A DNA stretch of 64,000 nt. Origin: Clostridia bacterium. GTDB taxonomy: Bacteria; Bacillota; Clostridia; Oscillospirales; CAG-272. Below, one piece after another: positions 38,571 to 47,850 of the stretch (within the stretch, counting starts at the first letter, position 1; every line of letters starts with the position of its first letter). Both the position numbers and the translations under genes were made by a program. The notes under the pieces were generated by a model. That model worked only from the letters and a program-made list of their open reading frames with translations. It made no database searches and had not been told where the DNA came from. The stretch is from contig JAGAJV010000038.1 of the NCBI GenBank assembly GCA_017625915.1, positions 5,471-69,470 on the forward strand, written 5' to 3'.

Positions 38571-38646
38571 TCTGGGTATAGCGCAGATGGTAGCGCGCTA
38601 CCTTGGGGTGGTAGAGGCCGTGGGTTCAAATCCCGCTACTCAGACC
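38571..38646 (+). tRNA. tRNA-Pro (anticodon GGG), CCA encoded
   Basis: Manual cloverleaf: acceptor CTGGGTA/TACTCAG (one G-T pair), D arm GCGC/GCGC, anticodon stem CTACC/GGTAG with loop TTGGGGT (U33, GGG, G37), T arm GTGGG-TTCAAAT-CCCGC, then A-CCA. Confidence 0.88.
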
Positions 38647-38654
38647 AAATATAG

Positions 38655-38688
38655 CAAAACACTATCTCAATTTTGAGATAGTGTTTTT
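38655..38688. terminator. Bidirectional terminator (tRNA-Pro / clpX)
   Basis: AACACTATCTCA...TGAGATAGTGTT 12-bp stem flanked by A-run and T-run. Confidence 0.8.
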
Positions 38689-38689
38689 A

Positions 38690-39943
38690 TTACTTCATAA
38701 TATATGTTGGCTTTGCGACCTTATTAATGCAATCTGCATTAATAATAACTTTTTTGATTTTTTTATTTGATGGGATTTCAAACATGATTTCAGTCATTGT
38801 TTCTTCCATAATTGAGCGTAGACCTCTTGCACCTGTTTTTCTTTCAATAGACTTTTTAGCTACTGCAAGCAGAGCATCCTCGGTAAATTCAAGCTCAACG
38901 TCATCAATTTCAAATAGCTTTGTGTACTGCTTAGTAATTGAATTTTTAGGCTTAGAAAGAATTTTAATTAATGCGTCCTCGTCAAGCTCCTCAAGTCCTA
39001 CAATTACAGGTAAACGGCCAACTAATTCGGGAATTAAGCCATATTTTACAATATCGTGCGCGGTTACATCCTCGTAAATTTTAGTGTCAAGAACAATTTG
39101 CTTACTTTTTACCTCGCCACCAAAGCCCATAAGCTGCTTGCCCTTACGACCTTGTATAATGCCCTGTAAGCCGTCGAAAGCGCCGCCACAGATAAATAGT
39201 ATATTCTTAGTATCAATGCGTAAAAACTCTTGATTTGGGTGTTTTCTGCCGCCTTGAGGTGGAACATTAGCAATAGTACCCTCAAGAATTTTCAAAAGAG
39301 CCTGTTGTACACCCTCGCCCGATACATCGCGAGTTATAGAGCGATTTTCGCTTTTTCTTGATATTTTATCAATTTCATCAATATAAATTATACCTTTTTC
39401 AGCCTTTGATAGATCAAACTCGGCAGCTTGGATAAGGCGGAGAAGAATGTTTTCAACATCCTCACCAACATAACCCGCTTCTGTAAGAGTAGTTGCATCT
39501 GCAATAGCAAAAGGTACATTTAATGTGCGCGCTAATGTTTGTGCAAGATAGGTTTTACCAACACCTGTAGGACCAATAAGTAAAATGTTGCTTTTTTGAA
39601 TATCAACATCCTCGCTTGCGCCCTCTTCCTTTTTCTTTTCATTGTAAATTAATCTTTTGTAATGATTATAAACAGCAACAGAAAGAGCAATTTTTGCTTT
39701 TTCTTGCCCTATAACATATTCATCAAGCTTTTCCTTCATTTCCTTAGGCGTAGGTAGAGAAGGAAGATCTAAATTGATTTCCTCCTTTGGAGGCTGCATG
39801 CTTAAATCGTATTCGTCTAGAACATTTTGACACAGCTCTATGCAAAAATCACAAATACAAGCACTACCATCCGGGGAAGGAATCATAAATTCAACATCTT
39901 TTTCCTGTCTGCCACAGAAAGAACATTTTTTCATTTCCTTCAT
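38690..39943 (-). CDS. clpX: ATP-dependent Clp protease ATP-binding subunit ClpX
   Basis: N-terminal zinc finger CSFCGR...[14 protein letters not shown] Walker [10 protein letters not shown] Walker B. Confidence 0.95.
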   Translation of the reverse strand: MKEMKKCSFCGRQEKDVEFMIPSPDGSACICDFCIELCQNVLDEYDLSMQPPKEEINLDLPSLPTPKEMKEKLDEYVIGQEKAKIALSVAVYNHYKRLIYNEKKKEEGASEDVDIQKSNILLIGPTGVGKTYLAQTLARTLNVPFAIADATTLTEAGYVGEDVENILLRLIQAAEFDLSKAEKGIIYIDEIDKISRKSENRSITRDVSGEGVQQALLKILEGTIANVPPQGGRKHPNQEFLRIDTKNILFICGGAFDGLQGIIQGRKGKQLMGFGGEVKSKQIVLDTKIYEDVTAHDIVKYGLIPELVGRLPVIVGLEELDEDALIKILSKPKNSITKQYTKLFEIDDVELEFTEDALLAVAKKSIERKTGARGLRSIMEETMTEIMFEIPSNKKIKKVIINADCINKVAKPTYIMK

Positions 39944-39945
39944 TA

Positions 39946-40530
39946 TTACGCTCTCTTATCAATTACTTTATCAACAAGACCATAAGCGGCGGCTTCATCA
40001 GCAGTTAAGAAATTATCACGCTCGGTATCTCTTTCGATTTCTTCTAAAGATTTACCTGTGTTAGCTGATAAAATAGTGTTTAATCTGCTTCTGGTTCTTA
40101 AAATATGATCTGCGTGAATCTTGATATCAGTAGCTTGACCACGCGCACCACCTAAAGGCTGGTGAATCATAATTTCGCTGTTTGGAAGGGCATATCTCTT
40201 TCCCTTAGCACCACTTGATAGAAGAAAAGCGCCCATGCTAGCGGCCATACCGATACATGTTGTTGATACATCGCATTTGATAAAATTCATTGTATCATAA
40301 ATTGCAAGACCAGCACTAACACTTCCACCAGGACTGTTAATGTATAGATTAATATCCTTATCTGGGTCTTGTGCCTCAAGGAAGAGAAGCTGTGCAACTA
40401 CTAAAGAGGCAGTTACATCGTTTACCTCATCGCAAAGAAATACAATTCTATCCTCTAAAAGTCTAGAATAAATATCGTATGAGCGTTCACCTCTATTGGT
40501 TTGCTCAACGACCATTGGAATGTATGCCAT
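39946..40530 (-). CDS. clpP: ATP-dependent Clp protease proteolytic subunit
   Basis: [29 protein letters not shown] (active Ser) and IMIHQP motifs. Confidence 0.95.
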   Translation of the reverse strand: MAYIPMVVEQTNRGERSYDIYSRLLEDRIVFLCDEVNDVTASLVVAQLLFLEAQDPDKDINLYINSPGGSVSAGLAIYDTMNFIKCDVSTTCIGMAASMGAFLLSSGAKGKRYALPNSEIMIHQPLGGARGQATDIKIHADHILRTRSRLNTILSANTGKSLEEIERDTERDNFLTADEAAAYGLVDKVIDKRA

Positions 40531-40555
40531 AATAAACCTCCTAAATTTGTTCTAG

Positions 40556-40587
40556 TCAAAATTACCGCTACAGTGTTGTAGCGGTAA
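40556..40587 (-). terminator. Hairpin between tig and clpP
   Basis: TACCGCTACA...TGTAGCGGTA 10-bp stem; ATTTTGA follows on the minus strand. Confidence 0.6.
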
Positions 40588-40628
40588 AGATGAAATTATT
40601 TGTTATAATAAACTTACCGCTTTTATAA

Positions 40629-41912
40629 TTAAGCGTTTGTTACTTCAGCATTAGCCTTAACGAAATCAACGGCCTTCTTTACACAAAGGTCAGCTTTAAC
40701 CGCATCAGCCTCAACATACTTCTTAACCTCTTCAGCCTTCATGCCATAAGCAGTTGCAAGGTTTTCGTATTCAGCCTCAACCTCTTCATCAGAAGCTGTG
40801 ATAGCTTCAAGCTCAACAATCTTTTCAAGAGCAAGACGAGTCTTAACCTGTCTTTCAGCCATTGGCTTAAATTGCTCACGAAGAGTTTCAAGGGTTTGAC
40901 CTGTGTATTTGCAGTATGTTTGTAAATCAAGTCCTTGCATACGAAGTCTAGAATCGTAGTCACGAACAAAGTTCTCAGCTTCGCTTTCAAACATAGGAGC
41001 AGGAATTTCAGCCTCAAGATTTTCAATTAAAGCATTTATGATTTGTTCTTCAACTGCATTTTCAGCAGACTTTTCATTCTTGCTTACAAGTTTTGCCTTA
41101 ATGTCAGCCTTATATTCATCAAGAGTATCAAATTCACTTACATCCTTAGCAAATTCGTCGTCGAGCTCAGGTAGCTCGTTCTTCTTAATTCCGTGAAGAA
41201 CAATCTTAAAGATAGCATCCTTACCAGCAAGGCTTTCAGAATGATATTCCTCTGGGAACTTAACAGTGATATCAAAGCTTTCACCGATATTATGACCGAT
41301 AATTTGGTCCTCGAAGCCAGGAATAAAGCTGTTTGAGCCAATTGCAAGCTCATACTTTTCAGCCTTGCCACCATCAAAGGCAACGCCATCGCAGAAGCCC
41401 TCATAGTCGATAACTGCTAAATCACCATTTTCAACTGCGCGATCAGTAACATCAACAATTCTGCCGTTGCGAGCACGAACCATTTCGATTTCTTGATTAA
41501 TGTTTTCTTCAGTAACCTCGTCAACTGTCTTAGTTACCTTAAATCCCTTGTATTCTTTTAGTGAAACCTCAGGCTTTACATAGAATTTTGCCTTTAGAAC
41601 AACACCGTTGTCGTCAATTGTAACGATGTCAAATTCTGGACGGCTTACTACTGTTAGACCGGCTTCCTTAATAGCGCTTTCGTAAGCGTTAGGGATAATT
41701 TCATTGATTGCATCTTCATAGAAAACACCCTTACCATACATCTTTTCGATGATTGAACGAGGAGCCTTACCCTTTCTAAAGCCAGGAACGGTAATCTTCT
41801 TAACCTCCTTGCGGTAAACCTTTTCAACAGCAGCATCAAATGTTGCTTTGTCTGCATCAAACTCGATTTCGTAAAGGTTTGTTTCTACCTTATTTGTGTT
41901 TTTTAAAGACAT
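40629..41912 (-). CDS. tig: Trigger factor
   Basis: VPGFRKGKAPR ribosome-binding signature, central FKBP-type PPIase, 427 aa, upstream of clpP-clpX. Confidence 0.93.
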   Translation of the reverse strand: MSLKNTNKVETNLYEIEFDADKATFDAAVEKVYRKEVKKITVPGFRKGKAPRSIIEKMYGKGVFYEDAINEIIPNAYESAIKEAGLTVVSRPEFDIVTIDDNGVVLKAKFYVKPEVSLKEYKGFKVTKTVDEVTEENINQEIEMVRARNGRIVDVTDRAVENGDLAVIDYEGFCDGVAFDGGKAEKYELAIGSNSFIPGFEDQIIGHNIGESFDITVKFPEEYHSESLAGKDAIFKIVLHGIKKNELPELDDEFAKDVSEFDTLDEYKADIKAKLVSKNEKSAENAVEEQIINALIENLEAEIPAPMFESEAENFVRDYDSRLRMQGLDLQTYCKYTGQTLETLREQFKPMAERQVKTRLALEKIVELEAITASDEEVEAEYENLATAYGMKAEEVKKYVEADAVKADLCVKKAVDFVKANAEVTNA

Positions 41913-42022
41913 TTTTGTAATCCTCCAAATGCTTTTGGTAATTTATTCTTATCTATTATATATAAAACATTATAAAAAGTCAATATAAAAATTAAAATAA
42001 TTAAGAAATAATTAAGAAATTT

Positions 42023-42748
42023 TTAATATTCGTATGGCATAAGTATCATAGGAACAAAGTTCAAATAGTCTGCTGATACCATAGTAAAAGAAATTCCCTT
42101 GTATTCTGTTGTCTTAGGAACGCAGTACGACCCATGAATATGACCAAAATAGCAATTTTTTATTTTGTACTCAAGCAAAACATTTACGATTTCCTCGCAA
42201 ACAAAATTATTAAAAACAGGAGGGAAATGAAAGAAAACGAGAATTTGCTCATTATTTTCTTGCAATTTTTTTGCTTCCTCGAGGCTTATTTTTAGTCTCG
42301 ATGCTTCGCGATTTACAATTTTTTGATACTCAACATCATTAGTGGTGTTCTGTAGCTTTTCGTCTACATACCAGCCGCGGGTTCCACAAACAATAAAATT
42401 TTCAACCTTGAAGGCGTTATTAAATAAGAAATCTATTGTTTTTAAGCCTAATTCCTCGCAAAAGGCTTTGTTCTTTGACATTGTCCCCCACCAATAATCG
42501 TGATTTCCTTTACCAAGAAGCTTTTTTCCAGGTAAGGCTTCAATGAACTCGAAATCCTTTTTTGCCTCCTCATAGTCGATTGCCCAAGAAATATCACCAG
42601 GAACAATTACAGTGTCCTCGTCTGTTACAATGGCGCACCAATTTTTTCGTATTTTTTCCATATAATCGGTCCATCTAGCACCGAAAACATCCATAGGCTT
42701 ATTAACTGATAATGATAAGTGTAAATCAGCCATTGTATATATAGACAT
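42023..42748 (-). CDS. Calcineurin-like metallophosphoesterase
   Basis: MADLHLS, GDISWA and GNHDYWW motifs. Confidence 0.8.
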   Translation of the reverse strand: MSIYTMADLHLSLSVNKPMDVFGARWTDYMEKIRKNWCAIVTDEDTVIVPGDISWAIDYEEAKKDFEFIEALPGKKLLGKGNHDYWWGTMSKNKAFCEELGLKTIDFLFNNAFKVENFIVCGTRGWYVDEKLQNTTNDVEYQKIVNREASRLKISLEEAKKLQENNEQILVFFHFPPVFNNFVCEEIVNVLLEYKIKNCYFGHIHGSYCVPKTTEYKGISFTMVSADYLNFVPMILMPYEY

Positions 42749-42762
42749 AGTAACGCTCCTTC

Positions 42763-43656
42763 TTATAGATTTTTTTTAAAAAATGAATATGCGTTTTCGA
42801 AAAATATTTTTTTGGTAATACTTTCGCCAAATTCAATAATAAATAGCTCATAAAGCTCTTTTAAGCTTTCTATGGAACAAATTCCATATGGCAAAGAATT
42901 AACACCATCAAAATCACTACCTAAAGCGATATTACTTTCTCCACCAAGCTTCAAAAAGTGATTTATGTGCCTTAGAATTGTATAAATATCTGTATTGTTT
43001 CCTAGATGCTCTGGAACAAACGAAATGCCTATTAAAGAATTTAATTCGCATAATTTTTTAAATTGATTATCGGTTAAATTTCTTTTGTGTTCTAAAAGAG
43101 AATATGAATTAGAATGAGAGGCAATGGGAGTAAAATTAAGTTTTTTTGCAAGAGCTATAGCATCATCAAAAGCTTTACAGGAAGAATGAGATAAATCCAC
43201 TATAATTCCCAAGGATTTACAACGCTTAACTACTTCCTTGCCGAATTCCGTGAGAGGTGTGTTAGTATCCCATCCACCACCAATACAGTTTTCTCCTTTC
43301 CAATTCAGTGTTAAAACACGAACTCCGAGAGAATATAATGTGTCAAGTCTAGATAAATCATTATTTAATATTCTTGCATCCTCGATTGCTAAAAGAAAAT
43401 TGTTTTTGCTTAATTTTGATAAATTACCAACAAAGCTAATACCTTGACTTTTTATATATTCAATAATTCTTAGACAAGCATCATATGCCTCGTTGTTTGA
43501 AAGATGATAGTCGCTCCAAATAGCACAGACTTGAATATAAGGAGAGAAGGCAGATGCTTTTTTGAGTGAAATATGTAAAGAATTATTATTTATATCTTGT
43601 TTGCTTTTGTACAATTCCAAAAAAGTATCACAATGCAAATCAAATAAAGGAAGCAT
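42763..43656 (-). CDS. Membrane dipeptidase (peptidase family M19)
   Basis: FDLHCDT N-terminus, ~297 aa, DLSH and GSDFDG motifs. Confidence 0.8.
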   Translation of the reverse strand: MLPLFDLHCDTFLELYKSKQDINNNSLHISLKKASAFSPYIQVCAIWSDYHLSNNEAYDACLRIIEYIKSQGISFVGNLSKLSKNNFLLAIEDARILNNDLSRLDTLYSLGVRVLTLNWKGENCIGGGWDTNTPLTEFGKEVVKRCKSLGIIVDLSHSSCKAFDDAIALAKKLNFTPIASHSNSYSLLEHKRNLTDNQFKKLCELNSLIGISFVPEHLGNNTDIYTILRHINHFLKLGGESNIALGSDFDGVNSLPYGICSIESLKELYELFIIEFGESITKKIFFENAYSFFKKNL

Positions 43657-43657
43657 A

Positions 43658-44050
43658 TTACCTCGTAACTGCGTTTTCTATATAATTAATAGAGCAGAGC
43701 TTTAATTTTTTATCTGCCACGCATGTTATTTCACAAACATCAATGCGAAGAGCTTTGCTTTTGTGCTTTGGTGGCAAGGTTTTATAAAAAGCATATGCAA
43801 ACTTTATTAAATTTGTTCTTTTATCATTGTCAACAGCAGTGCCGGGACGGTTATAGTTATTTTTATCTTCTCGTCGAGTTTTTACCTCAACAATAATTAT
43901 GTGCTCCTTGTCGCAAGCAATTATATCAGCCTCTAGGTGACCTATAGTTACATTTTTACCTAATATTTTATATTTTTTAGTCTTTTTTAAATATTTCGCG
44001 CAGGCATTCTCGCCAAATTTACCTACATCATAAGAAGTAAAGTCTCTCAT
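43658..44050 (-). CDS. yraN: YraN family (UPF0102) endonuclease-like protein
   Basis: [11 protein letters not shown]...GHLEADIIA...IIIVEVKTR; position after rnhB. Confidence 0.8.
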   Translation of the reverse strand: MRDFTSYDVGKFGENACAKYLKKTKKYKILGKNVTIGHLEADIIACDKEHIIIVEVKTRREDKNNYNRPGTAVDNDKRTNLIKFAYAFYKTLPPKHKSKALRIDVCEITCVADKKLKLCSINYIENAVTR

Positions 44051-44646
44051 TTGTTAAGAAATTTTAAAAACGAAGGACGGTGAATAGGTGTAATACCATG
44101 CTCTCTTAGCGCATCCATATGAAGCTTAGTGCCATAGCCCTTATGCTTGGCAAAACCATATTGTGGATATTCCTTATCAAAATCGTAGCACATACGGTCT
44201 CTTGTAACCTTAGCCAAAATGGACGCTGCCGCAATAGAAGGAGATTTTGCATCACCGCCAACTACGGTTTCGGTGGGTATGGTAAAGCCTCTCGATGTGT
44301 TGCCATCAATCAAAGCCAAATCGGGCTTTATTTCAAGTCCATCAACAGCTCTGTTCATTGCAAGCATGGCTGCATTTAAAATATTAATTTCCTCAATTTC
44401 CTCAACAGAAGCGGAAGCGATAGAGTAGCATATTGCGCTTTCAATAATTATATCAAAAAGCTTTTCTCGTTTTTTCTCTGTAAGCTTTTTAGAATCGTCT
44501 AGACCCTCAATTATAAAACCGTCGGGTAAAATACAAGCCGCCGCAACAACAGGTCCTGCAAGAGGACCTCTGCCCGCCTCGTCAACGCCACATATAACCT
44601 TTATTGCTTCATTTTTTCGAGTGATATCAAATGTATAATCTAGCAT
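44047..44646 (-). CDS. rnhB: Ribonuclease HII
   Basis: [23 protein letters not shown] and HKGYGT motifs. Confidence 0.93.
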   Translation of the reverse strand: MLDYTFDITRKNEAIKVICGVDEAGRGPLAGPVVAAACILPDGFIIEGLDDSKKLTEKKREKLFDIIIESAICYSIASASVEEIEEINILNAAMLAMNRAVDGLEIKPDLALIDGNTSRGFTIPTETVVGGDAKSPSIAAASILAKVTRDRMCYDFDKEYPQYGFAKHKGYGTKLHMDALREHGITPIHRPSFLKFLNK

Positions 44647-44654
44647 AATTCACC

Positions 44655-45524
44655 TTATATTTTAGGAAGCTCAAGGGTGATAGCGCCAATTCTTGAACTT
44701 CTAAATTCCTCTAATAAAGTTGTGGCAGTTCTTTCGGTATTAATTTCGCCACCGGAAATTAAAAAGCCTCTTTTACGACCAACAAGCTCAAATAGCTCAT
44801 AATCCATTTCGCAAGCATCAATTTCTTCTTTAGTAATTTTATATCTTGCCATAAATTGCTCAGGTGCGATTTCCTTTAGTCTTTTGCAAAGCACCATGGC
44901 TATATATTCAATGTCTAAAATAGCATCTTTAATAGCACCTGTAATAGCAAGATTTTCTCCAACCTCTTTTTCCTCAAATTTAGGCCATAAAACACCAGGC
45001 ATGTCCATTAAGTCAAGCCCTATTGTAGTTGGTATCCATTGTTTATTTAAGGTAACACCAGGTCTATTTTCAACCTTTGCCTTTTTAGAACCACAAAGCT
45101 TATTAATAAGTGAGGATTTACCAACATTAGGGATACCCACAAACATAGCGCGAAGCTTTCTGCCACTCATGCCCTTGGCCTCATATCGCTCAAGCTTACT
45201 TGCTAAAATTCTTTTAATAGTTGGTGCCAAATTGGAGAAGCCCTCACCACTAACACAGTCAATAGAAATTGCATTTTTACCAACAGATGAATAGTATTCA
45301 ATCCATTTTTTAGTAGCATTTTTGTTAGCTAGCGATGCTTTATTTAAAATAGTTAGGCAAGGCTTGTCACCAATTAATTTTGTGATTTCTGGATTTTTAG
45401 AGCTGTATGGTATTCTGGCATCTAAAATTTCTATAATTATATCTACTTCTTTAAGATTTTCTGAAATCAAACGACGAGTTTTCGCCATGTGTCCAGGAAA
45501 CCATTGAATTACCTCTGATTGCAT
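44655..45524 (-). CDS. rbgA: Ribosome biogenesis GTPase A (YlqF)
   Basis: IQWFPGHMAKTRR, circularly permuted GTPase (LNKASL...GIPNVGKSS). Confidence 0.92.
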   Translation of the reverse strand: MQSEVIQWFPGHMAKTRRLISENLKEVDIIIEILDARIPYSSKNPEITKLIGDKPCLTILNKASLANKNATKKWIEYYSSVGKNAISIDCVSGEGFSNLAPTIKRILASKLERYEAKGMSGRKLRAMFVGIPNVGKSSLINKLCGSKKAKVENRPGVTLNKQWIPTTIGLDLMDMPGVLWPKFEEKEVGENLAITGAIKDAILDIEYIAMVLCKRLKEIAPEQFMARYKITKEEIDACEMDYELFELVGRKRGFLISGGEINTERTATTLLEEFRSSRIGAITLELPKI

Positions 45525-46186
45525 TAATAAAGTCCTCCCATTGAAGAAAATGGAAATAGTCTAAATACAGCCTTTCCAACTATATAGTCTTCGTGCACGA
45601 AACCAATTTGACTAACACGGCTATCAGCAGAATTTAAACGATTATCACCCATTACAAAGACGTGGTCCTGAGGGATTGTAACTGTGTAAATACCAGTTGC
45701 CTCGTCGTAATAACTATCTCTGCCAAAAAGCTCTAAATAATCGTTGTGGTATTTATATGTTGAAACATAGTTGCCAAAATAATCTATTCTTTCATATTTC
45801 GCATATGGTTCATCAATCAATATTCCATCGACATAAACACTTTCTTCTTTAAAATTGATAGTAAGTGTTTGTCCCTCTGTAGCAATAATTCTCTTAACTA
45901 TAGGTTCATCATAAGGATAAAAAGCTTCACCACCATCAATAACTACTATGTCGCCATTATATGGCTCGTATAGAAACAGAGGATTAGCTACAAATAAATA
46001 TTCGCCATGAGAAAGGGTGTCATCCATAGATTGACCGTCAACAACACTAAGTCTGCCAAAAAACAGAAAAACAATAACGACAGCAGCAATAGCATATATA
46101 AAAGATTCTAAAATGTCAAAAAAATTTGCAAAAGCACTATTTGTTTTTTCACGATTTATGGTATAATCAATATATTCCTCTTGCAT
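45524..46186 (-). CDS. lepB: Signal peptidase I
   Basis: GQSMDDTL (catalytic Ser box) and GDNRLNSADSR. I prefer the start at Met21 of the track ORF (MQEEY...), preceded by GGAGG. Confidence 0.88.
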   Translation of the reverse strand: MQEEYIDYTINREKTNSAFANFFDILESFIYAIAAVVIVFLFFGRLSVVDGQSMDDTLSHGEYLFVANPLFLYEPYNGDIVVIDGGEAFYPYDEPIVKRIIATEGQTLTINFKEESVYVDGILIDEPYAKYERIDYFGNYVSTYKYHNDYLELFGRDSYYDEATGIYTVTIPQDHVFVMGDNRLNSADSRVSQIGFVHEDYIVGKAVFRLFPFSSMGGLY

Positions 46187-46290
46187 AATATACCTCCGAA
46201 AAAAATTCACTCTATATATTATAGCATAAATATTATAATTTAACAATAGTTTTTGTTTACAAAAAATATTACATAATTTTAAAAAAACAC

Positions 46291-46319
46291 TTGCAAAAAG
46301 TAAATCTATATGCTATAAT
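46291..46319 (+). promoter_or_regulatory. rplS promoter
   Basis: TTGCAA (46291-46296), 17-nt spacer ending in TGC, TATAAT (46314-46319). Confidence 0.6.
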
Positions 46320-46405
46320 ATCAACGCGTACAAAATGTGCGTAATAAAAACGGGTGGTCCTCTGCGAAGCTCTGCATGAACGCCTAGGATTAATGGAGGC
46401 TTATT
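46320..46405 (+). promoter_or_regulatory. Structured rplS 5' leader (possible L19 autoregulatory leader)
   Basis: An ~85-nt leader with local pairings (ACGC..TACA/TGT..GCGT; GCCT pairing with AGGC of the SD GGAGGC). The family assignment is not verified. Confidence 0.3.
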
Positions 46406-46747
46406 ATGGATAAGATTCAAGCTTTTGTAAATGAGCAATTAAAGAAAGAAGTACCACAGTTCAATATTGGTGACACTGTAAAGGTACACAACCTTATTAA
46501 AGAAGGTACAAGAGAGAGAATTCAGATTTTCGAGGGTACAGTTATTGCAAAGCATAACGGTGGAATTTCTGAAACATTTACCGTGAGAAGAGTTGCTTAC
46601 GGTTGTGGTGTTGAAAAGACATTCCCACTTCACTCTCCATCAGTTGCTAATGTTGAGGTTGTTAGAAAGGGTAAGGTTAGAAGATCTAAGCTTTACTACC
46701 TTCGTGACAGAGTCGGCAAGGCATCAAAGGTTAAAGAACTTAACTAA
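46406..46747 (+). CDS. rplS: 50S ribosomal protein L19
   Basis: [44 protein letters not shown]... Confidence 0.95.
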   Translation: MDKIQAFVNEQLKKEVPQFNIGDTVKVHNLIKEGTRERIQIFEGTVIAKHNGGISETFTVRRVAYGCGVEKTFPLHSPSVANVEVVRKGKVRRSKLYYLRDRVGKASKVKELN

Positions 46748-46754
46748 TTTAATA

Positions 46755-46784
46755 AAAATCTCCACAATCGTGTGGAGATTTTTA
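46755..46784. terminator. Terminator after rplS
   Basis: AAATCTCCACA-atcg-TGTGGAGATTT followed by TTT. Confidence 0.8.
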
Positions 46785-46786
46785 TT

Positions 46787-47221
46787 TTATCTATGATGCT
46801 TTCTTTTTTTAGTCTCTCGCTTTATTCCTAAAGCACCGCCTAAAACACTAAATACAGGAATTAGCAAACGCCAAATTAAATTAGTTGCTTGAAATTCATT
46901 ATTTGGCACAACCAAGGAAAGGATAAAAGTAAAAGAAAAAATTAATATTCCTAAAATCGAACTACTAAAAAAGTAATATTGTTTATTCACCTTAGACTGT
47001 ATAAAGCTTGTTAAAAATACTGCAATAAATAGAGAAGCGATACCAGCTATTTGAGAAAGCGAGGTTGGATCTTTTGTTTTGTAAAGAAGGTACGAAGCTA
47101 TTAAAGTTATCAAAAATCCGATTATGCAAAACAATATTGTAAAAGCACCACATCTAATTAATACATTCTTAATGGTTAGTTCGTTGTTTTTTAATCGTTT
47201 TATTCTTTTCTTATTTTCCAT
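46787..47221 (-). CDS. Hypothetical four-TM membrane protein downstream of yajC
   Basis: Basic N- and C-termini with four hydrophobic segments. Its only plausible SD (GAGG) lies in the yajC terminator stem. Confidence 0.6.
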   Translation of the reverse strand: MENKKRIKRLKNNELTIKNVLIRCGAFTILFCIIGFLITLIASYLLYKTKDPTSLSQIAGIASLFIAVFLTSFIQSKVNKQYYFFSSSILGILIFSFTFILSLVVPNNEFQATNLIWRLLIPVFSVLGGALGIKRETKKRKHHR

Positions 47222-47226
47222 ATTAA

Positions 47227-47270
47227 AAACCTCATAAATATACTTGTACTAAAGTATATTTATGAGGTTT
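47227..47270 (-). terminator. Terminator after yajC (18-bp perfect stem)
   Basis: AAACCTCATAAATATACT / AGTATATTTATGAGGTTT with an 8-nt loop. On the minus strand the stem runs into TTTTT, then AAT, then the ATG of the next gene. Confidence 0.8.
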
Positions 47271-47284
47271 AAATTTTATGAAAA

Positions 47285-47692
47285 TTATTTGTTTTCCTCT
47301 ATAGTTGTTTTATCGTCAGCTTTATCGGACTTTAGATTAGCCTTTTCGAGCTTCGCTTTTTTTGTATTCTTGTCGCCAGAAGCATCATCAACCTTTTTAG
47401 CTTCGCCTCTTTTTTCTGCAGCGTATACATCTACAGAACGAACTGCAGAACGAAGAATTCTGATTTTTGTTCTGTCCTTACCTGTTTCGATAGTAACAGT
47501 TTCTTCCTTAATTCTAACAATTTCACCGATAATGCCGCCGATTGTAGTAATCTCGTCACCTACCTCAAGGGAATCACGCATATTTTGTGTTTCTTTTTCT
47601 TGCTTCTTGTTAGATCTCCACATTAGGTAGAATACAACTACAAGACCAACAACCATAAGTATTGTCATACCATATTGTTGAAAAAATTCCAT
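47285..47692 (-). CDS. yajC: Preprotein translocase subunit YajC (with a long Lys/Asp-rich C-terminal tail)
   Basis: TM followed by LEVGDEITTIGGIIGEIVRIKEETVTIETG core; 135 aa. Confidence 0.88.
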   Translation of the reverse strand: MEFFQQYGMTILMVVGLVVVFYLMWRSNKKQEKETQNMRDSLEVGDEITTIGGIIGEIVRIKEETVTIETGKDRTKIRILRSAVRSVDVYAAEKRGEAKKVDDASGDKNTKKAKLEKANLKSDKADDKTTIEENK

Positions 47693-47724
47693 TTCTATAC
47701 CTCCTGAAAAATTTCATCCTTGTA

Positions 47725-47753
47725 ATTATAGCCTAAATTTCCAAATTTATCAA
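47725..47753 (-). promoter_or_regulatory. yajC promoter
   Basis: Minus strand TTGATA (47753-47748), 17-nt spacer, TATAAT (47730-47725). Confidence 0.6.
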
Positions 47754-47815
47754 TAGGTAATTTGAAATTTAATAAAATATTTATTATTTGTATAAAATTC
47801 TTTATAACTTATTTA

Positions 47816-47844
47816 TTGAAAATACTTGTGTTTTATGATAAAAT
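47816..47844 (+). promoter_or_regulatory. Promoter of the rluA-family gene (predicts a leaderless mRNA)
   Basis: TTGAAA (47816-47821), 17-nt spacer ending in TGA, TAAAAT (47839-47844). ATG 47851 is the 7th nt after the -10 element. Confidence 0.5.
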
Positions 47845-47850
47845 AATTCT

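Noticed and set aside
41997-42018. Tandem 11-nt direct repeat ATAATTAAGAA x2 upstream of tig
   Set aside because: There are only two copies in an extremely AT-rich intergenic spacer. This is likely chance or simple slippage, and I could not attach a function.
44884-45294. 136-aa plus-strand ORF inside rbgA (similar shadow ORFs occur at 60733..61173 in spoIIIAE and 47262..47630 in yajC)
   Set aside because: All are antisense to strongly supported genes, lack SD sequences and have low-complexity Ser/Leu/Ile-rich composition.
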